Of a stretch of 31,346 bases of DNA, positions 23,370-31,346 are shown piece after piece. The stretch lies in the NCBI GenBank assembly GCA_046543235.1, contig JBKGZT010000008.1:1-31346 (forward strand). The letters are read 5' to 3'. Each line of letters begins with the position of its first letter. Position 1 is the stretch's first letter. The position numbers and the translations under genes were made by a program. A model generated the notes under the pieces. That model was given only the letters and a program-made list of their open reading frames with translations. It did no database searches and was not told the DNA's origin. This stretch comes from Candidatus Acetothermia bacterium. GTDB lineage: Bacteria; Bipolaricaulota; Bipolaricaulia; M55B111.

Positions 23370-24578
23370 AACAAGAACTTCCTCAGTTATTTCAGAAAGA
23401 AGGAGGTAAATATTTTCAACCTAGCTTCCGAAGAGCAAATCAAAAACGGTCAAATTACGGACGTGTACTTCGAGCGAACCAGGGAAATCCTGCGGGAAAA
23501 CGATATAGATAAAAAGGTAAGGCTGGAGGTAAGGACGAAGAGCCTGCCCGTGGATGGACCCGGCGTGCTGTCCGGTCTTGACGAAGTGGTGGAGCTATTC
23601 GAGGGAACCGATATGACGGTCCATTCGTTGCCCGAGGGAAGCACTTTCCTCCCCTACGAGCCCGTGATGACCCTTGAGGGGGGCTACAGGGACTTCTCCG
23701 TCCTGGAAACCCCGCTGCTCGGGTTCCTTTGCCAGGCCAGCGGGATTTCGACCAAAGCGAGGTTCGTTAAGCGAGCTGCCAACGACAAACCGGTTTATCA
23801 CTTCGGTTCTCGACGTATGCACCCTTCTATTGCCCCTATGATCGGACGTAGCGCTTATATAGGTGGTTGTGACGGCGTTGCGGTAAGTGAAACCGCCAGG
23901 CGGCTGGATCTGGAGCCGGTAGGAACTATACCTCACGCCCTTATTCTGCTAGTCGGCGACTCCACGACTGCAACGGCCATGTTCGAGGAACTCTTCGGTG
24001 AAGAGGTCAATACGGTTGCCCTGGTTGATACTTTTTGCGACGAAAAGTTCGAAGCTCTGAAAAACGCCGAGGCCTTAAAGAAACTTGATGCAGTTCGTCT
24101 GGACACTCCTTCGTCCCGACGCGGGGACATGCTCGAGATAGCAAAAGAGGTCAGGTGGGAACTCGATCAAAGGGGTTTCGAAGAGGTAAAAATCCTCATA
24201 TCGGGGGGACTAGACGAGGAAAACATCCCCGAGTTGAACGAAGTCGCTGACGCCTACGGGGTAGGCACTTCCATAGCTAATGCTCCCGTCGTGGACTTTT
24301 CCCTGGATATCGTCGAGGTGGAGGGGGAACCAACTGCCAAACGAGGAAAAAAATCCGGTGCAAAAGCACTTTACGTCTGTGATAACTGTGGTCACCGAAA
24401 GGTCACACCCTGGTCCACCAAGGATAAGAGTTGCCCGGGGTGTGGAGAAGACGTCACCCCAGCCCTGGAAAAGGTACTCGTAGACGGAAATCCTGTTAAA
24501 GACTTCCCTGACGCCAAAGAGATTCGGGAGTATTCGCTATCACAGCCTTTCCTCGAAGACAAGGACCCCAGTAGGTGA
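23364..24578 (+). CDS. pncB: Nicotinate phosphoribosyltransferase (archaeal/Thermoplasma-like type with C-terminal zinc ribbon)
   Basis: TDVYF, SGISTKA, FGSRR, GTIPHA (phospho-His), ALVDTF, VRLDTPSSRRG, ISGGLD, YGVGT, AKRGKKSG, CDNC...CPGC. Start uncertain: TTG 23364 or ATT 23412 (see findings). Confidence 0.93.
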   Translation: MFNKNFLSYFRKKEVNIFNLASEEQIKNGQITDVYFERTREILRENDIDKKVRLEVRTKSLPVDGPGVLSGLDEVVELFEGTDMTVHSLPEGSTFLPYEPVMTLEGGYRDFSVLETPLLGFLCQASGISTKARFVKRAANDKPVYHFGSRRMHPSIAPMIGRSAYIGGCDGVAVSETARRLDLEPVGTIPHALILLVGDSTTATAMFEELFGEEVNTVALVDTFCDEKFEALKNAEALKKLDAVRLDTPSSRRGDMLEIAKEVRWELDQRGFEEVKILISGGLDEENIPELNEVADAYGVGTSIANAPVVDFSLDIVEVEGEPTAKRGKKSGAKALYVCDNCGHRKVTPWSTKDKSCPGCGEDVTPALEKVLVDGNPVKDFPDAKEIREYSLSQPFLEDKDPSR

Positions 24579-24682
24579 CCTTTTAGTTCCCTTGACTCCT
24601 CATTCGACGCAATAAAACTCCGCAGTTCCGCCAGTTGCATTAGGAACCTCTATCACCAACAATTTAACAAGAGGTGATTTAG

Positions 24683-25429
24683 TTGAGATTTGATGCGAAA
24701 GGTTTATTGATATTTTCTTTGGCAGCCCTTTTACTGGTTACGCCTTCCTTTGCCTTACTGGCGCAGGATAGTTCGGAAGGAAATTCGGAAGGAAACCAAC
24801 AGCCGACGGTAGTAGCGACTGTCAACGGAGAAGAAATAACCGATCAGCAGCTCTCCCAGTCAGCCCAGGTATACCAGATAATCATGACCCTCTCCCAGCA
24901 ATTCCGGAGTTTCGCTCAATTCCTGATGACCAGCGAGGCGGGCAACAACTTCCTAACCGAGTACAGGAAACACGTACTGGACCAGTTAATAGACCAGGAG
25001 CTTCAGAACCAGAAGATGGAAGAGCTGGATATTCAGGTCACCAAAGAAGACGTACAGGACGAAATCGACGGGATAATCTCAAACAACGACCAGTTCGAGA
25101 GCGAAAGCGACCTGGATGATTACTTACAGAACAACCAGAACACAAGCCTGGACAACTTCAAAGGCCAGATCAGAGAGAGTCTTAGGCGTGAAAAACTGAG
25201 AGAGGAAGTAACAGGGCAGGTTAACGTAACCGAAGAAGAAATCAGCTCCTATTACGACCAAAATAAGAACAACTTTACCGACCAGGAAGGAAACGTAAAG
25301 TCGCTGGAAGAAGTCAAGGGGCAGATAGAGGAGACTATAGAGGGACAAAAAAGGAACGAAGAGTGGAACAAATGGCTGGAAGAGGCAAGGGAATCCGCCG
25401 ACATAGAAAAGAAGGAAGAAAACCTTTAA
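24683..25429 (+). CDS. Exported SurA N-terminal-domain chaperone-like protein with no recognisable parvulin domain
   Basis: 248 aa. Sec signal peptide ending ALLA, VVATVNGEEIT, VLDQLIDQEL, VTEEEISSYYDQNK, SLEEVKGQIEE...WLEEARESADI. SD GAGGTGA, TTG start. Confidence 0.8.
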   Translation: MRFDAKGLLIFSLAALLLVTPSFALLAQDSSEGNSEGNQQPTVVATVNGEEITDQQLSQSAQVYQIIMTLSQQFRSFAQFLMTSEAGNNFLTEYRKHVLDQLIDQELQNQKMEELDIQVTKEDVQDEIDGIISNNDQFESESDLDDYLQNNQNTSLDNFKGQIRESLRREKLREEVTGQVNVTEEEISSYYDQNKNNFTDQEGNVKSLEEVKGQIEETIEGQKRNEEWNKWLEEARESADIEKKEENL

Positions 25430-25587
25430 AACATTAACATTTATCAAAGACGAGAGGGCGACTGGTAAATTGGTTAGGTGTCCTCTTTGCTTTTATAAAC
25501 CCGTCGGGGATCCACCGAACGCGAAAATCAATCGAATTGTACCAGCTTTACGGAAATCCTAATCAACCCACCAGCTCAGGAGGATCT

Positions 25588-26130
25588 CTACTCTCGGTCC
25601 ACGAACTTCTCCCGGAAGAGCTCTTTTGCCTCGAGAATGGAATCCTTTGCTTCCTCTCGTCCGAACCACCCTTTTGTATCTACCACTTTGTCACCTTCTA
25701 GCTCCTTGTAGACTTCGAACATATGAGAAATCTCGTTCAGTATATGAGAAGGTACGTCGTCTATATCACGGTACCCTTCGTACCTCGGATCCCTCAAGGG
25801 CACCCCGAGTATCTTGTCGTCCCGCTGCCCCGAATCCAACATTTTCAATATCCCGATCGGTCTAGCCTCCATAATGCAACCGGGGAAGGTTGGGTTCGTA
25901 ACAAGAACGAGTATATCGGTGGGATCCCCGTCCTCGTCGAACGTTCGTGGGAGAAACCCATAGTCTCCCGGGTAATGAACCGCCGTATGTAGGACCCTGT
26001 CGAGGACTATCTCCCCTTTTTCGACGTCGTATTCGTACTTGTTTTCCGTCCTACGAGGGTTCTCGATGATGGCATTAACTATCCTGGGGGCATCCCGACC
26101 AGTCTCGAGCTCCTTCCACATGTTTTTCAT
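25588..26130 (-). CDS. ppa: Soluble inorganic pyrophosphatase, family I
   Basis: 180 aa. NKYEYD, LDRVL, YPGDYGF, DGDPTD motif, DDKIL, FEVYKELEG. Confidence 0.96.
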   Translation of the reverse strand: MKNMWKELETGRDAPRIVNAIIENPRRTENKYEYDVEKGEIVLDRVLHTAVHYPGDYGFLPRTFDEDGDPTDILVLVTNPTFPGCIMEARPIGILKMLDSGQRDDKILGVPLRDPRYEGYRDIDDVPSHILNEISHMFEVYKELEGDKVVDTKGWFGREEAKDSILEAKELFREKFVDRE

Positions 26131-26134
26131 CGTA

Positions 26135-27100
26135 CTACCTCCGAATATCGTTCATTTCGACTACGTTCTCGATCATTTCCCCGACAAGATCAGGAAAACC
26201 GATTCCGGCTTCTTGCGCAGCCAACGGCAGGTCACTCATCTCCGTCATTCCTGGAAGAGTATTGACCTCCAGACCGTAAACCCCTCCTTTATCGCCAATG
26301 ATGAAATCCACCCTGCTGTAGCCCCGACACCCGAACTCCTCGTGAGACCGCAGAGCCCGGTCTTTTACCTCGTGCGCAAGGTCGTCGGGAACCTCAGCAG
26401 GGACGATGAATTCCGTCTCCCCCGGGGTGTACTTCGCCCTGTAATTGAAAAACCTCTCTCCTTTTACCCTGATCTCAACCAAAGGGAGAGCCTTTAGTTC
26501 ACCGTCGTGTCTCAATACCCCGGCGGTGACTTCCTTCCCGTCGATCATCTCTTCCGCGAAAACCTCGCCGTAGTTTTCCTCCGTTTCCCGTAGTTTCTCA
26601 TAAAGATCCTCTCGATCGTCAGCGATGCTTATCCCGCGACTCGAACCCTCCTTAGCGGGTTTTACCATTACCGGATAGGAGAATTCGCCGTCAACCCGTT
26701 GTACGAGTTTCTCGAAAGAGGTCCCGCGCTTTGCCCTGAAAGCCGGGGTTCGAACGCTGGCCCGGTGAAAAGCCTTTTTCGAGGCTAGTTTGTTCATTGC
26801 AATCGCGCTCCCCAGCGGGCCGGTACCGGTATAGGGTATCTCCAGCAGGTCCAGCAGCGCCTGCACGGTTCCGTCCTCCCCGATACCTCCATGTAGGGCG
26901 TTGAAGACCAGATCCGAACCGACGACAAGATCGAGCAGATCCTCCTCTTCACTGAACTCGCCCCGGAAGGGATTTAATTCGGCAGATCCCTCCTCCAGGG
27001 CGCGGTAAACCCTTTCGCCACTTTTGAGAGAAACCTCGCGTTCCGAGGAAGTACCACCGGTTAGTACACATATATCCAGTTCCCGCTCGATTTCGGACAT
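26135..27100 (-). CDS. ddl: D-alanine--D-alanine ligase
   Basis: 321 aa. GGTSSEREVSL, LHGGIGEDG, IPYTG, KPAKEGSS, omega loop FNYRAKY, RVDF, EVNTLPG. Confidence 0.96.
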   Translation of the reverse strand: MSEIERELDICVLTGGTSSEREVSLKSGERVYRALEEGSAELNPFRGEFSEEEDLLDLVVGSDLVFNALHGGIGEDGTVQALLDLLEIPYTGTGPLGSAIAMNKLASKKAFHRASVRTPAFRAKRGTSFEKLVQRVDGEFSYPVMVKPAKEGSSRGISIADDREDLYEKLRETEENYGEVFAEEMIDGKEVTAGVLRHDGELKALPLVEIRVKGERFFNYRAKYTPGETEFIVPAEVPDDLAHEVKDRALRSHEEFGCRGYSRVDFIIGDKGGVYGLEVNTLPGMTEMSDLPLAAQEAGIGFPDLVGEMIENVVEMNDIRR

Positions 27101-27168
27101 AGTTATCTACAACCACCTACCATCATTTACTGAAGCGAACTATTTTACGCAATAACTGGGTCGGAGTT

Positions 27169-27206
27169 CAAAAACAAAAAGCACCCTCCGTTTTTGAAGG
27201 ATGCTT
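27169..27206 (-). terminator. Intrinsic terminator of the methyltransferase-fhs-folE-folD operon
   Basis: On the - strand, AAGCATCCTTC-AAAAAC-GGAGGGTGCTT (11 bp, with two G-U pairs possible only on this strand), followed by TTTGTTTTTG. Confidence 0.8.
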
Positions 27207-27258
27207 CAACAACTCGATCAAAAGTAACCTATTTCTTATCTGGAAGTCAGCCCGGAAC

Positions 27259-28140
27259 TCATCCCTTCAGGTTCTTCGCCGCCTTGACCGTATTTGCCAT
27301 TATCAGGGTAGTCGTCATCGGACCGACACCTCCGGGAACCGGCGTGATGTAAGAAGCCTTATCCTTCACGCTCTCGTAATCCACGTCACCGGTAATCCCG
27401 TCCTCCGTCGAGTTAATCCCCACATCTACGACGACCGTTCCCTCCGAGACCATATCTTCGGTAATGAAATTCTTCCGACCAACGGAGGAGCAGAGAATAT
27501 CCGCCCTCCTCGTCTTCTCTGGGAGATTGCTTGCCTTATACTCAGTTACCGAAACGGTCGAATATCCCTCACGAAGGGCAAGCAAAGAAAGAGGCAACCC
27601 GACGGCTCCACCGCCCACGACGAGGAACTCCTTCCCGGTCAGTTCTATATCAGAGTAGTCCAGTATCTCCATTACTGCGTACGGGGTCGCCGGCAGCAGG
27701 ACGTCAGGATCCTTCTTGAGGTCCTGGTAACTTGCCCTTGCCGCTCCTCCGGAAAGCAACTTTCCGCTGTTAATCGGATTAATGCAGTCCACGTCTTTCT
27801 TGGGGTCTATCTCCGTCCTCAGCTCCCCTATATCCAGTCCCTCCGGAAGCGGTAACTCGACGAACAAACCATGAACTTCGGGATCCTCGTTGAGCCCTCG
27901 CAGTTTATCCAGCAGATCTTCCCTGGAAATATCCCCGTCGAGTTTAACGCCTCTGTACTTTATCCCCAGTTCTTCGGCCAGCTTTTTCTTTGTTCTATAG
28001 TAGACTTTTGCACCCGGATCGTTACCTACCAGTACCGGTGCAATGGCGGGTTCGAGCCCTTCCTGCTTCAGTTCAGATACTTCTTCCTTTAGCTCTTCTC
28101 TATATGATTCGGCAATCGCGTTTCCATCTAGTTCAGTCAT
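27259..28140 (-). CDS. folD: Methylenetetrahydrofolate dehydrogenase (FolD family, atypical motifs)
   Basis: 293 aa. LDGNAIA, YYRTK, ELPLP, KDVD, VVVDVGIN, GDVD, ITPVPGGVGPMT. Confidence 0.93.
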   Translation of the reverse strand: MTELDGNAIAESYREELKEEVSELKQEGLEPAIAPVLVGNDPGAKVYYRTKKKLAEELGIKYRGVKLDGDISREDLLDKLRGLNEDPEVHGLFVELPLPEGLDIGELRTEIDPKKDVDCINPINSGKLLSGGAARASYQDLKKDPDVLLPATPYAVMEILDYSDIELTGKEFLVVGGGAVGLPLSLLALREGYSTVSVTEYKASNLPEKTRRADILCSSVGRKNFITEDMVSEGTVVVDVGINSTEDGITGDVDYESVKDKASYITPVPGGVGPMTTTLIMANTVKAAKNLKG

Positions 28141-28152
28141 GTCGCCTCCTCG

Positions 28153-28725
28153 TCAATTGAGGTCTTTTGGCTCGCCTATAAGGCTCAATGCTTCGTCCCT
28201 GGCGGCCTTGTCCGTCTTAAACTTACCCCTGATAGCCGAAGTGACCATTTTAGATCCCGGTTTCTTGACGCCTCTTATCGTCATGCAAAGATGGGACGCC
28301 CTGATTTTAACCAGAACGCCGTAGGGCTTTATCTTTTCCATCAGTACATCGGCCACCTGCGAAGTGAGCCTCTCCTGTATCTGGGGTCGGCTGGACGCCA
28401 CCTCCAGCGCCCGGGCCAGCTTGCTAGCCCCGACGATCCTCCCATCCTTGGGCATGTAGACGATGCTCGCTTCTCCCAGTATGGGGAGCAGGTGGTGCTC
28501 ACAAAGGGACTGAAATGGAATACCGTCGAGCACCACCATCTCCTTATAATCCTCCTGAAAAAAAGTAGAGACTACCTCGGCCGGGTCCTCGTCGATTCCG
28601 GAACACAACTCACCCATCATTCTCGCGACCCGTTCGGGAGTCTCTTTCAAACCAGGTCTCTCGGGATCCTCTCCTATTCCCTCCAGTATCAGCTCCGTCC
28701 CCCGTGCTATCTTCTCTTTATCCAT
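28153..28725 (-). CDS. folE: GTP cyclohydrolase I (type 1)
   Basis: 190 aa. GLKETPERVARM, SLCEHHLLP, SKLAR, QIQERLT, HLCMTIRGV. Zinc ligands retained. Confidence 0.95.
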   Translation of the reverse strand: MDKEKIARGTELILEGIGEDPERPGLKETPERVARMMGELCSGIDEDPAEVVSTFFQEDYKEMVVLDGIPFQSLCEHHLLPILGEASIVYMPKDGRIVGASKLARALEVASSRPQIQERLTSQVADVLMEKIKPYGVLVKIRASHLCMTIRGVKKPGSKMVTSAIRGKFKTDKAARDEALSLIGEPKDLN

Positions 28726-28754
28726 TTATTCTCCCGTCGTCCAGGTACTATCGC

Positions 28755-30488
28755 TTAGAAAAGGCCTTCGACGTTCCCGTCTTCGTCGATATCCACGTCT
28801 TCGTAGGCCGGTTCGGACGGCAGTCCCGGCATGGTACTCATCTCGCCGCAAAGCGGGTAGACGAACCCGGCGCCAACGCTGGCCCTGACCTCTCTAACGG
28901 GCAGGGTGAACCCTGTCGGAACGCCCTTCTTCTTCGGATCGTGGGAGAACGAGAGGTGCGTCTTGGCCATGCAGATTGGCAGGTCGCCAAACCCCGATTC
29001 CTCGTAATCCTGGATCTGTTTCTCGGCTTTGCTCGAGTAATCAACTCCGTCCGCGCCGTAGATCTCAGTCGCTATCGTCTCTATCTTTTCCTTGATCGAC
29101 TTGTCCAGGTCGTAGAGGAATTCGAAGTCGGATTCGGCCTCGGAGGCTTCGACCGTCGCCTCGGCCAGTTCTATTGCGCCCTCGCCGCCTTCCGTAAAGT
29201 GGTTGGATTCTACGGCATCAAACGCACCTGCCTCTTTTGCCATCTTCTTGACCAGCTCTACTTCCTTGTCCGTATCCGTCTGGAACCTGTTGACTGCAAC
29301 TACCACGGGAACGCCGAACTTCTGAGCTATTTCGATGTTCCTGGCCAGGTTTTCGGCACCCTTTTCCAGTAACTCGAGGTTCTCCTCCTTGTAGACGTCA
29401 TCCAGTTCCTGGCCCGCAACTACTTCTGGACCTCCTCCGTGGACCTTGAGGGCCCTGATGGTGGCAACTAGTACGACCGCATCGGGTACGTTACCGCTGT
29501 ATCTACACTTGATATTAAAGAACTTCTCCATACCGATATCGGCTCCGAACCCGGATTCGGTTACCACGTAATCGGCCAGCTTCAGCCCTACCATGTCGGC
29601 CAAATTGGAACTATTGCCGTGCGCTATATTGGCAAAGGGTCCGGCGTGAACGAACGCGGGCTGGCCTTCCAGGGTCTGGAGCAGGTTGGGCTTTACTGTG
29701 TCCTTCATGAGCACCGTAGCGGCTCCCGCAGCTCCGAGGTCCTCCACGGTCACCGGCTCTCCGTCCCATGAATAACCCAGAACTATCCGGCCGATCCTTT
29801 CCCTTAAATCCTGCAGACCGTCGGTCAAACCGAGTATAGCCATGAGCTCCGAGGCAACGGTGATATCAAATCCGCTTTCTCGAGGATAACCGTCCCATTT
29901 GCCCCCGAGCCCGACGTTTATGTTCCGCAAAGCCCGGTCATTTATGTCCACTACCCTATTCCATGTAATTGAATAAGGGTTAATATTTAGCTTTTCCTTT
30001 CCCTTTTTGGCCCATGCCTCGTCGGAGTAGTTCCGTTCGTGCATCATCCGGGCGTCCAGGGCAGCGGCAATCAAGTTGTGTGCAGCTCCGATCGCATGGA
30101 TGTCGCCGGTGAGATGAAGATTGAAGTCCTCCATCGGAATTACCTGGGAATACCCCCCACCTGCGGCTCCTCCTTTAATACCGAACGTCGGCCCCTGAGA
30201 AGGCTGCCGGATTGCGGTCATGACGTTCTTCCCTATCTTACCCAGCGCCTGAGTCAGTCCTATGTTGGTCGTAGTCTTGCCCTCACCAAGAGGTGTTGGC
30301 TGAATAGCAGTCACGTCCACGTATTTTCCGTCTTCAACGTCCTTCCTGTCCTCGTAGGCGTCGAGCTTTACCTTCGCTTTGTAATCGCCGTAGAGCTCCA
30401 GTTCGTCCCTTTCGAGACCTACTTTGCTCGCTATCTCCTCAATCGGCCTTAAATCTGCCTCATGTGCAATTTCGATATCGCTTTTCAT
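28755..30488 (-). CDS. fhs: Formate--tetrahydrofolate ligase
   Basis: 577 aa. [77 protein letters not shown]. Confidence 0.98.
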   Translation of the reverse strand: MKSDIEIAHEADLRPIEEIASKVGLERDELELYGDYKAKVKLDAYEDRKDVEDGKYVDVTAIQPTPLGEGKTTTNIGLTQALGKIGKNVMTAIRQPSQGPTFGIKGGAAGGGYSQVIPMEDFNLHLTGDIHAIGAAHNLIAAALDARMMHERNYSDEAWAKKGKEKLNINPYSITWNRVVDINDRALRNINVGLGGKWDGYPRESGFDITVASELMAILGLTDGLQDLRERIGRIVLGYSWDGEPVTVEDLGAAGAATVLMKDTVKPNLLQTLEGQPAFVHAGPFANIAHGNSSNLADMVGLKLADYVVTESGFGADIGMEKFFNIKCRYSGNVPDAVVLVATIRALKVHGGGPEVVAGQELDDVYKEENLELLEKGAENLARNIEIAQKFGVPVVVAVNRFQTDTDKEVELVKKMAKEAGAFDAVESNHFTEGGEGAIELAEATVEASEAESDFEFLYDLDKSIKEKIETIATEIYGADGVDYSSKAEKQIQDYEESGFGDLPICMAKTHLSFSHDPKKKGVPTGFTLPVREVRASVGAGFVYPLCGEMSTMPGLPSEPAYEDVDIDEDGNVEGLF

Positions 30489-30555
30489 AGTACTTTCTTA
30501 CCTCCTACTAAGTAGTGTTTTTATTTTTCTCCACCACGGATCCGCCCGGATAATC

Positions 30556-31341
30556 CTAGCCGGATCTCTTGTACTGCAGGTAGTTGAGACAGTTCTTATC
30601 GACACCCAAAAGCGCTTCGGCTGCCTTCAGCGTATCCATCATGTCCCTGTCGGTCGGATCTATTAGTGCCGCATCCAGGCCGGCCTCAAGCAACATGGCG
30701 AATACAGTTCGGTTGATCAAGCCCCTGTCAGGCAGTCCGAAGGACATGTTACTCAGCCCGATGTTCGTCTTGACGTCGAATTTTTCCTTGATCTCTCTGA
30801 CGGAATCAATCACGTACTGGCCCTGCTCCTGGTTGCTGCCAATTGTCATCGCTATTACGTCTATATAGAGCTGGTCCTTTTCGATCCCTAGGTCCTCGCA
30901 CTTCTCAAGCATGGCCTCCGTTTCGTTGAGCCTATCCTCGACGGTCTCGGGCATACCCTCTTCCCCCATAGCGAGGCCAATTATGTCGGCATCGTACTCT
31001 GCCGCAACCTCGCGGGCTCTGGCTTTATCGTCTTCGTTGCTTATCGAGTTAATCACGGGTTTGTTTTCTACTTTTTCCAGAGCAAATTCCAGGACTTCCG
31101 GGTCAGGGGTGTCTATACAGATCCTGGCGTCATCGACCTCGTCCTCGACCAGGTCGATCAACCAGTCCATGTCCTCCTTTTCGTCCTCCATCGATTCACC
31201 GGCATTAAGATCGATTGCGTCAGCTCCTGCTTCGTCCTGTTCTCTCGCTAACTTCCTAATTAGCTCCTCGTCCTTTTCCTTCAGCGCTTCCTTGACTTCG
31301 TCCCTGGTTGAATTAATTAACTCTCCAATTGTTAAGAACAT
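30556..31341 (-). CDS. Methyltetrahydrofolate:corrinoid methyltransferase (AcsE/MtqA-like pterin-binding TIM barrel)
   Basis: 261 aa. IGELINSTR, GADAIDLN, ICIDT, INSIS, GLSNMSFGLP...LIN, GLDAALIDP. The start is at the window edge, so upstream context is not visible. Confidence 0.88.
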   Translation of the reverse strand: MFLTIGELINSTRDEVKEALKEKDEELIRKLAREQDEAGADAIDLNAGESMEDEKEDMDWLIDLVEDEVDDARICIDTPDPEVLEFALEKVENKPVINSISNEDDKARAREVAAEYDADIIGLAMGEEGMPETVEDRLNETEAMLEKCEDLGIEKDQLYIDVIAMTIGSNQEQGQYVIDSVREIKEKFDVKTNIGLSNMSFGLPDRGLINRTVFAMLLEAGLDAALIDPTDRDMMDTLKAAEALLGVDKNCLNYLQYKRSG

Positions 31342-31346
31342 CTTTT

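Noticed and set aside
25445-25495. Possible terminator after the SurA-like gene
   Set aside because: The stem depends on several G-U pairs with a large loop; too weak to call.
26135-27100. Ddl as a Van-type D-Ala-D-lactate ligase
   Set aside because: The omega loop keeps the Tyr (NYRAKY) typical of D-Ala-D-Ala ligases, and there are no van genes nearby.
28153-28725. Idea that folE is a repurposed methenyl-THF cyclohydrolase because it sits between fhs and folD
   Set aside because: All GTP cyclohydrolase I zinc and substrate motifs look canonical, so folate supply is the simpler explanation.
2044-30868. Many antisense or alternate-frame ORFs of 60-245 aa inside genes (e.g. 3671-4408, 5294-6019, 14246-14782, 15904-16479, 28704-29372)
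   Set aside because: They overlap confidently identified genes. Their Phe/Leu/Ser/Val-rich content is what the reverse complement of Glu/Asp/Lys codons produces.
1-31346. CRISPR arrays, IS elements, integrases, rRNA and tRNA genes
   Set aside because: No regularly spaced repeats, transposase or integrase motifs, or cloverleaf/rRNA signatures were seen by eye. tRNAscan-SE and cmscan would be needed to exclude them formally.

Overview
Bacterial chromosomal window with mostly housekeeping and central-metabolism genes. I found no mobile element, CRISPR array, rRNA or tRNA. The strongly Asp/Glu-rich proteins suggest a salt-in halophilic anaerobe; a Bipolaricaulota/Acetothermia (KB1-like) origin is my guess and is not shown by the sequence. 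Gene order: a DUF445-family gene running off the left end (missing from the ORF track); an acetate module (ADP-forming acyl-CoA synthetase-GNAT fusion, acs, satP); secA; an unannotated 29-aa hydrophobic peptide ending in CxxC, with its own promoter and a strong SD, followed by an exported protein with a hydrophobic C-terminal tail; an orphan gcvH; glmU (C-terminally truncated)-prs-rplY; clpC-radA-disA-punA; DUF502-accD-accA; a strongly base-paired ~130-170 nt RNA element ahead of an archaeal-type pncB; a SurA-N protein; ddl-ppa; and a C1/folate operon (AcsE-like methyltransferase-fhs-folE-folD with an atypical FolD). The best candidates for something undescribed are the peptide/anchored-protein unit (10289-11333), the structured pncB leader RNA (23198-23369), and the ACD-GNAT fusion that keeps both catalytic histidines next to its likely substrate Acs.
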